A DNA stretch of 64,000 nt, taken from Lama glama. Lineage: Eukaryota. The stretch's first letter is position 1, and each line of letters starts with the position of its first letter. Of this stretch, positions 54,441 to 64,000 are shown piece after piece. A program made the translations under genes and the position numbers. The stretch is taken from contig CM052817.1 in NCBI GenBank assembly GCA_028534125.1, positions 3,040,001 to 3,104,000 on the forward strand, in the 5' to 3' direction. The notes below the pieces were generated by a model that saw only the letters and a list, made by a program, of their open reading frames with translations, searched no databases and was not told the origin of the DNA.

Positions 54441-54940
54441 NNNNNNNNNNNNNNNNNNNNNNNNNNNNNNNNNNNNNNNNNNNNNNNNNNNNNNNNNNNN
54501 NNNNNNNNNNNNNNNNNNNNNNNNNNNNNNNNNNNNNNNNNNNNNNNNNNNNNNNNNNNNNNNNNNNNNNNNNNNNNNNNNNNNNNNNNNNNNNNNNNNN
54601 NNNNNNNNNNNNNNNNNNNNNNNNNNNNNNNNNNNNNNNNNNNNNNNNNNNNNNNNNNNNNNNNNNNNNNNNNNNNNNNNNNNNNNNNNNNNNNNNNNNN
54701 NNNNNNNNNNNNNNNNNNNNNNNNNNNNNNNNNNNNNNNNNNNNNNNNNNNNNNNNNNNNNNNNNNNNNNNNNNNNNNNNNNNNNNNNNNNNNNNNNNNN
54801 NNNNNNNNNNNNNNNNNNNNNNNNNNNNNNNNNNNNNNNNNNNNNNNNNNNNNNNNNNNNNNNNNNNNNNNNNNNNNNNNNNNNNNNNNNNNNNNNNNNN
54901 NNNNNNNNNNNNNNNNNNNNNNNNNNNNNNNNNNNNNNNN
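54441..54940. other. Assembly gap (500 N)
   Basis: Run of n; preceded by an old L1 3' end at about 54375-54440. Confidence 0.99.
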
Positions 54941-56401
54941 GAAAGCCGCAAGATCATAACTAATGCTTTAACTGCAGTCCAACACCACAAAGTTATCTTT
55001 TAAAAGCCTATGAAGAAATTCTTTAAGATGAAGAAAACTGTTAATAAACTGCAGTGTAATAGGACCAATCACGTCTTAGGCAGTGTATTGAAATACTTTA
55101 AGAAGTGCTTGGATGAAATAGGAATAGCTACACTGATACAGATTTGGGCACAGATACGCTCTTGGGGTAGACTTGCTTTGGGAAGGTACAAAAGACTAGC
55201 GAAGAGAACATGCTTGTGTTTTTTTTCAATTATTCAAGTATTCAAATCAATTCATTTCACTTTAGCAAACACTGATTACATTCTTACTCTGCAAGGCACG
55301 TATCTGGGATCCATCTGCTTTGTCCAGTGGCCCCATCTGATACTGGCTGGGAATGGTCTGTTACTTGTATGACTCACTCGCCAATTCTGTCAGCACACAT
55401 AAAACACCTTCTCTCGCCGACAGCTCCTCCTCCCGAGAGGGTTTTGTGCCTGGCGTGGGGTACATACGATTACCTGTCTTCTGATCAGTGTCCAGCTTGT
55501 CAAGGTTATAATAATAAAACTCAATTTTCTTCAAGTCTTGAAGCTAAACTTACAGATCTTCCTTTACATAAAAAATTTGTAATTTTTACAAGAAGTTAAA
55601 ATTTAATTTTTTCTCTGACAGCTCATACGTTTGATAGCTCATTTGCTTTTAAACTTTAAATGTTATTTACACATTTGATCAATCAAATGTATTTAGACAT
55701 TTTAAATACCATTATGAATGTAATGTAATTGGTTTTCTAAATCACATAACAAGGAAGGCTTAAAATTTTAATGACCCAAATCTTAAAGGTGTATTTCAGA
55801 CTTGGAAATTAGGCAGATGACATTGGGGTGGGGGGGGGCACTTCAGACATCTTAAAAAACAGCATGCTCAAAGCCGACCAGTGATTATAGACATTTCTAC
55901 ACCTGTATAAACACGACTAATATGAAAATGAAAGTAGGTTAATTTCCTACCATCTAATCAGGGAAATCAAATTGCCATTTCAGGCCCATTTAGACCACAG
56001 CAAGGGCTTCTGGTCCTTTTGTGCCCAGATTTTGTTGCCAAATGAAGGAGGCTTTCTAAACAACTTCCTTAGCTGAGATTTAAGTGATCACATTGATGTC
56101 TATATTTTACAGCCTACTGCCTTTCCCCCCAAATAACTGGAAGGCACTTTAGGACCTCGGGTTTTTATCTCCTTGGGAATAATCATTGTGTAACCTGTGC
56201 TTTAAGGCTTAGCGTGAACGCAGTGTGAATCCCATGACTCAGACAATGACCACGGCCTCCTCATGGGTTCCACACCTCACGTGCTTCCTGTTTCACTGCC
56301 TCTCCCGTGATGTCATCTCTTTATTGACATGTTAGTGAAAACGTTAAAACTCTTCACCGTTATTTCAATAAAGTGCTCTTTTCCCCCTTTGACCTAAACA
56401 G

Positions 56402-56547
56402 GCATCTTCTTCTGAAGACATGGGCCGATGGATTGGGATTTTGCTGGCTGAGACAGGGTCCTCGACCGACCCCGGGGCTCTGCACTACGACTACATAGAC
56501 GTGGAGATGTCGGCGAACGTCATTCAGACAGCCAAGCACACCTTCTG
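56402..56547 (+). CDS. AFAP1: AFAP1 coding exon 10: [49 protein letters not shown]
   Basis: Acceptor aacag|, donor TG|GTAAGA; 146 nt; end of PH2 and the YDYI SH2-binding motif. Not in the ORF track. Confidence 0.96.
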
Positions 56548-56759
56548 GTAAGACCCAGTGCTGTGTGAAATGCCCTGAAGTTAAACGACTTTATTTTTTC
56601 CCTGATTTTCACTGTTTGTGTAAGTATATAGCCTTAAAGAGGAAAAAACACCAGCTAAAGACTCTCCTTTTTGTATTACATTAATCAAAATTTTGCTGAA
56701 ATATTTGTCATTTCAACCATCTCTTAGAACAAGGATTGGCAGACTGTTTTCTCTTAGAA

Positions 56760-56969
56760 CAAGGATTGGCAGACTTCTCTGCAGAAAGCAAGATAGTGAT
56801 ATTTTTAGCCTTTTGGACCAAGTATTCCTGTTAAAACTACTCAGCTCTGCCACTGTAGTCACACACAGTACATAAAAGAATGGACGTGGCTGTGTGCCAA
56901 TAAAACTTTATTTGCAAACATAGACAGTGGGCCAGATTTGGCCCCTGGGCTGTAGTTTGCTGACCCCTG
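56760..56969 (+). mobile_element. MER58A-like hAT MITE
   Basis: caaggattggcagact...gtggctgtgtgccaataaaactttattt...gggccagatttggccc...gtagtttgctgacccctg. Confidence 0.85.
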
Positions 56970-57164
56970 TATGAGGGGAACAGTTCTATAAAGCAGAGCT
57001 GATTCTACATACTGCTGTAATGGGAACTGAGTTTTCAAGGCTGTCAGTCATGTACTTTTAAAACTTTAAATTGTGATTTTTTTTAAAAAAGGCTATTATG
57101 TACAAAAGCATTTTTTTAAACCATGAATGTTTCTTTAACATAATGATGGCAAAGATAATTACAG

Positions 57165-58526
57165 CAGCAGTTCTCAAAGCATGGTCCGCAGACCCCTAGG
57201 GGTGTTTAAGGCCCTTTCAGACAGTCCCAAAGGTCAAACTATTCTCATAATGATGCTAAGAAATTCTTTTTCTCCTTGGCTGCAGTGACATTTGCATCAG
57301 TGGTGCAGAAGCAGGTGGAGGGCAAATTGGCTTAACAGCCTCAGTTGTCACACCACACTGCTGTCACCATTGTCACTGCCACGCACTTGCAAAAAGGAAA
57401 TGCTGGATTCACTTAAGATGTCTGTGGTGAAGCAGTAAAATTATTACTTTTCCTGTGAAGGGCCAGGTGGTGGGTATTGTTATTAAATCTCTTGAGCACG
57501 TGTCTTTTTAACATTTACAGACATAGCTGGCGGGGGGTGGCCACATAAAGCTAAGTTCGCTGAACTGCCGTGTTGTCTTAAGGAAAAGCTCTTGTAAGAC
57601 TGAGTTGCTAACTAAACTAGCTGCTCCCCCCCCCATTTTTTTCATTTTTACTTGAAAACCAATTTAGCAGATGAGCTGTGGTTATTCAGACTTAGGTCTC
57701 TGCAGACATTTTTTCAAATATCAGCCAAATGAACCCTTCATCTCAAGGGAAACAATTGGCTGTGTTTGTTGCCTGTGATACGGCTGAGCTTTCACTCGGA
57801 AACTAGAATTTGGGGAAATTGGTATCTGCCACCGGGAGCCGACGGCTTCAATACTTAGGCTTTCCTGGTGAGACTGGTGGTGATGTTGAGCGTGATTTTT
57901 CTGGTATTGCATGATGAAGTGTGTCAGCATTCAAAGGTGTGCATAAGTCTTGCACCAGCAGAAGGCCCGTTCTACGTGCAAGATAAAACTCATGGGCTTT
58001 ACTGCAAAAGAGGACCGAAAGCTCGTTGCTACAATTTCAGTTCTACATTGCAACTAATCATTAAGAAATGACCACTCGTCGAGCTTTGGTGTAGTATCAA
58101 AGCATATCTACGGTTACCTGGAAAAGCTATTAAAATGCGCCCCGCTCTTCCGACTGGGGATCTGGGGGAGGCTGCGTTTCCTTCACACACTTTAACCAAA
58201 ACAGCAGCCTGTGACAGGCTGAAAAACAAGTGTGAGAATCCAGCTGTTTTCTGTGAAGCCAGATGTTGAATAGAGTTACAAACATGTAGAACCAGGACCA
58301 CTTTTCTCACAAATTTTTTTTTTTGGATAATATAGTTAGTTTTCATAAAAGTATGTTGAAATACGTCGGATCTATTCCTGTTACTTTTAAATGAATAAAA
58401 AAGAATACATTTTTGAGTTTCAGTTTCCAATACAGGAAGCACTGATAACACCACAGAAACGAAAGCTCTTTGGGAGTCTCCGGTAACTTTAAAGGACGTA
58501 AAGACTAAAACGTTTGAGGATTGCTG
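57165..58526 (+). mobile_element. hAT DNA transposon, Charlie1a-like, near full length
   Basis: TIRs cagcagttctcaaa ... tttgaggattgctg; flanks aattacag and atccacag are consistent with a decayed 8-bp hAT TSD. Confidence 0.85.
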
Positions 58527-58595
58527 ATCCACAGGAGTGAGTCAGTGAGATGAAGCACCAGCTGGCTCATGTTGCATACTGCCCACTGCCTAAAG

Positions 58596-58780
58596 CAAGG
58601 GCTGGTCAGCCTTTCCTGTGAAGGGCAAGATGGTGAACAGTTTCAGCTTTGCCGACCACACGTTCCCCATGGTGACAACCCTCTTTGTCGCCATGCCCAG
58701 CTCTGCGTGGTCGGGGAAGAGCAGCAGGATGGTCCTGAGACCAGTGGACGTGGCCGTCTTGGCAGGGGTTTGCTGTGAGC
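58596..58780 (+). mobile_element. Degenerate MER58-like element
   Basis: tttcctgtgaagggcaagatggtgaacagtttcagctttgccgacca...gtggacgtggccgt. Confidence 0.6.
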
Positions 58781-60573
58781 TGTGCCCGTGGGATTACGAG
58801 GGGAAGGGCGCTGGACCAGGGCGAGGGAGATCGGGTTCTGGTCCTGCTGTCCTAGTTACTAAGCGGGAAGTTTTGGACAAGGCATCACAGCCTCTCCGTG
58901 TCTCAGCTTCCCTGTGTAGAAGATAGAGGTGAGGCCAGAGGGCGTCCAAAACTTCTAGCTCTAGTGTCTGTGGCCCCTTGGTTCCTGCTTCTGTTTTAGA
59001 GAGTCTGGACTGGAGCCGAGGAAAGGAGGACTGAAACAGAGCAGGCGATGGAGTTATGTAATCAGCAAGTGACCATAAACAAACCAACAACGTTGGCAAG
59101 CCCTCCGGGGCTCCCTAAGACAATGAGACCTTTGAATGTGAAGAAGATGAGCATGGACGCTCACACTGTCATTTGCCCGCTTCACGTGGACACCACCGTC
59201 TGGTTTGTCCACACACGCGGTGTTACGGGGGATTCGAGCAGTCTTCCTTTGTGTCTCAGGTGGTGGTGCAGAGTGAACGGTTATCAGTGCTCGGCCAGGA
59301 CATCCTGGGCTGGGTACAGATGACTCTGGCCCATGTTAGGGATCAGGCCGCCGCTCACCCGACTACGGGAAATAGCCTTGGCAGAAGGAAGTAGTCGTGT
59401 ACAACTTTACCAGAAAATCTCCAGGAGTGCGAGAGGATTTCTGGCATGTAAACCACCTATTCTTATTACTGTTCTGTTGTGTGAAAACCAGGCGGCGTGG
59501 TCTGGTGCCGACTTTTCTGCGGGCCCTCAGCACTTTTCCATCACCACATTTTATCTAATCAGCAAAATTACAATGACTCTCTTGATCATGTAGTAAATAA
59601 AGCACATTTAAAGCAGCTTTTTAAGAAATGTAATGTCCAGTTTGGCAAAATCTACACACCTAGGGTGATGTGAAAGAAGGGAGGTCGTGGTTATTACCGT
59701 ACTACCGTGGGCATTACTCGTTTCCAAAAAGCCTCTCCTAGGTCCCCACTGCAGCTTTGATGGTAATAAACAAACTAACAACCACATTTAAGAGAGACCT
59801 TGACTGCAAATAGTTCCTCTGGAAAACAAAGGAGTGGCATGTTCATCTAAACCAAACGTGAGAAGGTCACATTTTCGAGAAAAGAATGTAGATTGCAAAA
59901 CTGAACACTTATTTATTAAAAATATGCTTGTAGTGAGTTTATGGCTGAAAGAATGTTTGCCAGCCTATGAATATCTTTATAGGAGATGTTACTTAGCAGC
60001 AGAGTTCGTTTTTATTTATTAGTTTTCTGCTAAACCTTCTTGTAAAACTTACAGGAGAAGAGATTTAACAAGGAAACAGTGTTCAAAATATAAAATGTGG
60101 TAGCTTGCCTGTGTGGTAAATAATCTAAGATTAAGTTAATCTTTGCCTTTACGTGTTTTCTGTGGGGAATTTTCTGTGCACTGGATTACGTCTGAGGGAG
60201 AAAGGGCAGTAATATATTTTGGGAAGAGGACAATAAAAGAAAAAATAGTCATGTCAAGTCTCCCAGAAAAGTGCTATATTTAAGAGTATTAATAAGGTAA
60301 ACAGTTGAAATGTACTTTTCTGGAGACCTATTTTTAAGTAACATACATAGGTGACCTGATGCAAGGAAAACTTTCTGAAATTTTCTTCTGAAACTCTTTT
60401 CAAGACATGCTTGGTTGGAGACCCACAAGACAGCTATAGCAACCCTGATGACAAGAGCTGTAGGTCAGCGTGGACAAGGAGAGGGCACAGACAGACTGCC
60501 AGGGAGCTGTCCTCTCGAGTCACCCTCTCACCTGAAGCCCTGGGAAATTACTCTAAACGTACTTCCTTAAACC

Positions 60574-60855
60574 CTAGATGAACCTTGCACGTGTCGCGCT
60601 AAGTGAAGTAAGCCAGGCACGAGAGGACGAATGCTGGGTGGCCCTCTCACGAGGTGCTGGAGCCGGCAAGTCTACTGAGGCAGAAAGTGGAATCGGGGGT
60701 GGGGGTGGGGTCAGAACTCCAGTTCGGGAAGATGCCAGGCTCTGAAGACGGGTGGCGGTGATGGCCACACAGTGATGCGAATGTACGTAATACCCCAGAG
60801 CTGCACACTTAAAAATGCTTAACATGGCAAAGCTTCCACCATGTATATTTTACTA
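60574..60855 (+). mobile_element. L1MB-like 3' end, sense orientation, GC-shifted
   Basis: gatgaaccttg...gctaagtgaagtaagccagg...ggtgatggccacacag...tgcacacttaaaaatg...atgtatatttt. Confidence 0.75.
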
Positions 60856-61117
60856 ATACATGTATTTTTTCTATGTCTTTTGTTTTTGGCTTAGCAAGTG
60901 GCATGTGATCTCTTATCTCACTTCCACTTCCCTATTTGGCTAAAAATCCCATTGTAGAGAGAGCACCGGGCCAGCAAACAAGGGACCTACTCCTACGTCT
61001 TGGCTCCACTCGCTGTTTAGGGCCCGGAGACTTGGTTTCGGGACCCAGGTCCCTCTCTGTGAGATGAGGGCTGGGCTAGCTGGTGGCTGAGGCCTTGTGC
61101 AGCTAGGACATCCTCCG

Positions 61118-61160
61118 TGTCTGTGACCTCCCATCCTTGTCTGTGACCTCCCATCCTTGT
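61118..61160. repeat. Tandem duplication with 20-bp period (ctgtgacctcccatccttgt x2)
   Basis: Identical 20-mers at 61121-61140 and 61141-61160. Confidence 0.9.
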
Positions 61161-61546
61161 GTCCTGTGAGTCAGAAGCATCCCGCCGGTGTTCCCAGTCA
61201 GCTCCTGTCCTGCCCTTCGTGGTCCACTCTCCTTCCTGGTGTCCCTGCCCCGGCGTGAACACGAGGCACAGCGCTGGAAACGGAGGCACAAAGCAGGCAG
61301 GGGGCAGAATACTCTCAAACTGGATATTTCAACCCGAAAATTTTACGTATTTAAAAACAAACCAAATCTTTGTCTTTCTTGTAGTCTTTCTTTTCTATAT
61401 ATTTTCTTTCCCTAAATATACTCTCATGTACTTTAAGTGTCAAATAATCATATGCATTTTTTTCAATCAGAAAAATCAAGAAGTTTCTTGTAAGTTAAAG
61501 AGAGTAAGACGTTTAGGGCGGCCTAGCGGTGCAGGGCCGTCTTCTC

Positions 61547-61561
61547 CCAGCAGGGGGCAGT
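61547..61561 (+). promoter_or_regulatory. Candidate CTCF site
   Basis: CCAGCAGGGGGCAGT matches the CTCF core consensus; motif match only. Confidence 0.4.
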
Positions 61562-62533
61562 GTGCGCACCCAAATCTCCACCTGCGTGGGAGCCGAGGGC
61601 GGTTCTGCCTCACCCTTCAGACAAGGCTGAACCAGCGCTCACGGCGTCGCTCCGCTGCCGGGTCTCTGCTCAGAGAGGCAGCTTTCTCCTTCCCCTGTAC
61701 TGCCCTCTTTTCTTTTTTCGCTCGCTCTCTTTTCTGTTCATCTACTTACCAAAGAAATGTAAGATCCCAAGAAGAAACGAAATTGAAAAAAATTTTTTTT
61801 TTTACTTGCGGCCGTCTTAGTTTTCCCAGTGAGGAGAAAACGTCACGTAGGTTATGTCTTTCCTAGGCGTCAGGCCTTTCACTTAGAACGGACGCCATGG
61901 ACAAACCAGCCCGACGCCTGTTCATTGCCCCAGCTCCCGCAGGGGGGCACCTGGCGCTGGTCTCCTAGTGGGGGGAGGCAGTGGACATGCGGCTCTGTAC
62001 TGTGTGAGGTGGGCGTGGTCTCAGGAAGGAGACGTGGGGGAGGTAGGCGATGATGCTGTTTATTTGGGGGGGATCAGGAAGGGCTCCTCAAACTCCCTTG
62101 GAGACAGGAAGAAGGAGGGGTCTGTGGAAGAAGAGCTGCGGGGGGGCCGGGGCGGGAGTCAGGCCACGCAGCACTCGGGTTACTCTTGGACGCACTCCAG
62201 AAGCCCCCGAGGCTTTGAGCTGGGCAGCGTCGTGGGGTGAAGGTAGCCTCTGTGAGTGGCCCCCAGACGTTCAGGGCAGGGGGGGCAGCGGGGGAGACAG
62301 CTGTGCCAAGGGGGCAGGGTGCTGAGCGGACATGGAAGATTCTAGATGCTGTTCTGAAGAGCTTGTAGAAGGGGGTCCGTGAACTTGTCCCGAAAAAGGC
62401 CAGATGGTAACTGTTTTGGTTCTGCAGGCCATGTGGTCTCTGCCTTCAAGGATTACCAGGCTCTTGAAAGAGGCATGTAAAAAAGAAGAGAAAAGAAAAA
62501 GCCACATACAGTTTTTAAACCAAGAATCAAGGT

Positions 62534-62730
62534 GGGGGGAGGGTACAGCTCAAGGAGCGGGGCGTGTTCTGAGCCTGCACGAGGCCCTGAGTTCAATGCC
62601 CAGTACTCCCTCCAGAAATAAATCTAATTACCTCTCCCCACAAAGTAAAATAATTATATAATACAATAATAAGCAAATAAAAGATCGATAAAAGTGTAAA
62701 CACAACGTAGTCCTTTCTTCTTAAAAAAAA
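62534..62730 (+). mobile_element. tRNA-derived camelid SINE (Vic-1-like) with 12-bp TSD
   Basis: gggggagggtacagctcaa...tgcacgaggccctgagttcaatgcccagtac...ctaattacc; exact TSD aagaatcaaggt at 62522-62533 and 62731-62742. Confidence 0.85.
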
Positions 62731-63055
62731 AAGAATCAAGGTAAAGAAAGATGCCCCAGAAAAGCTTTACTGACGGAAGCAGGCAGTGGTCTGGAAGGCC
62801 TGCCTGTATGGGCTGCTGCTGATGAAAGTGGTTATTTGCTGGACACCAGGTATGTGCAGGCTCGTTCTGTGGCCCCAGCAGGGCTGTCACCCGTCTTTCC
62901 CCGGTCCCGCGGGCAGGTGTCACTGGTGCGCAGGCTCGGAGCGTGCCCGGCGGCTGTAACTGTAACTGTAACCCCGGGCGCAGCTGAGCGTCTACCAGCG
63001 CTCCTGAGACTTGTTGCCCCATCAGAGGACTGTGACTCATTTCCTTTTCTTTCAG

Positions 63056-63173
63056 TTTCATGAACAGGCGCGTCCTGTCTGCTAACCCGTACCTCGGGAG
63101 CACCTCCAACGGCTACGCGCACCCGAGCGGCCCGGCGCTGCACTACCACGACGTCCCCTGCATCAACGGCCCG
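63056..63173 (+). CDS. AFAP1: AFAP1 coding exon 11: (C)[39 protein letters not shown]
   Basis: Acceptor ttcag|, donor CCG|GTGAGT; 118 nt; cumulative CDS 1530 nt with no stop, so the gene continues beyond the window. Confidence 0.96.
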
Positions 63174-64000
63174 GTGAGTGCCCCGCGGCCGCGCAGCCGC
63201 CCGGGAGCGTCCGAGGCTGCCACACCTCCTCTCAGCCCGAGTGAGGGAAGGCTTTAAGATGAAACCTCCGTCCCTCGTCTCCCCCCCTCGATTCTGACAC
63301 GCTGTTCGTCTCTATCTGTGTTTGAACAAGCAGGTAGACGGTTTGTCATTCATGTCGGTCCGTTAATTCAACACCGTCAGAAAGGAAACAGTGACAGGGG
63401 TGACAACCCTACTGCCACCTCCAGACACCCTCCCTCCTCCGCATGGTGGACTTAGGGTAGCTGGGACATGGCGCCCCCACCCCATCTGGGGCAGTGCATA
63501 TATCATATGTGAATACTGGAGATGGTTAGCGACGGCTTTGGAATTAGACTAGCCTCCTGGGCCTGTTTGGCCTCAGGAGTTTGGGGATCTGTCTCAGGAT
63601 TTTGTGTCCGATGTGGGATTCGGTGAACATTTGTTTCGCTGTGTCTCCATCACATTCATCTCGCACCCGTTGACTGAGCACCCTCTCCTGCGGGCCGAAC
63701 TCCACACCCTGCTCTGGGCGAAGACGAGGCCTTCGGAGGCAGCAGGCTCGTGAAGGGGCGCACGAGAAGCCATTCTGCCAGTTTGTCTCCCAGTATCGGG
63801 TGGATTTTAAATTGGCCTCTGTGTTTGTTTGCAAGGTAGGCACGGAGCTTGTCCACGGTGATTTTTTCAAACTTGGGAGATAGAGTATTTCCTTACTGTC
63901 TGGCTTTTTACTCTTTTGTCCATTATTTCAATACAGTATCAGTCCGCTCCCCGTTACCATCATAACAAGGCCACACCTGCCCAGAGCAGGACCCAGCAGA

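Noticed and set aside
54259..54990. ORFs of 243 and 181 aa
   Set aside because: Artefacts of the 500-N gap. The gap is unlikely to hide a constitutive AFAP1 exon because exons 52611 and 56402 join in frame with continuous PH2 sequence.
61159..61866. 235-aa plus-strand ORF
   Set aside because: Non-ATG start, heterogeneous composition, no recognisable domain, intronic.

Overview
This is mammalian genomic DNA, very probably from a camelid, judged from two tRNA-derived Vic-1-like SINEs and camelid-type L1 3' ends (my recognition, no database search). The window holds the 5' coding part of AFAP1 (actin filament-associated protein 1, AFAP-110) on the + strand. Eleven coding exons of 127, 98, 109, 212, 180, 96, 82, 150, 212, 146 and 118 nt all have AG/GT borders and join in frame to 1530 nt (510 codons). 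They cover the N-terminus, proline-rich SH3-binding region, tyrosine motifs, PH1, the basic linker, PH2 and the YDYI region. The 5' UTR exon and the 3' exons are not identifiable here and probably lie outside the window. The rest is intron rich in old repeats (MIR, L2, L1M, MLT1/MLT2, MER21, ERVL, Charlie1a, MER3/33/58), with microsatellites and a 500-N gap. I found no prokaryotic features and cannot support a novel biological system. The most interesting structures are a compound L1 insertion with an apparent 3' transduction and nested TSDs (3777-4048), a GC/CpG-shifted patch inside an old DNA transposon about 1 kb upstream of the start codon, SINEs with unique read-through tails, and a YDDV->YHDV change in an AFAP1 tyrosine motif. 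Repeat family names and boundaries come from recalled consensus sequences and are approximate.
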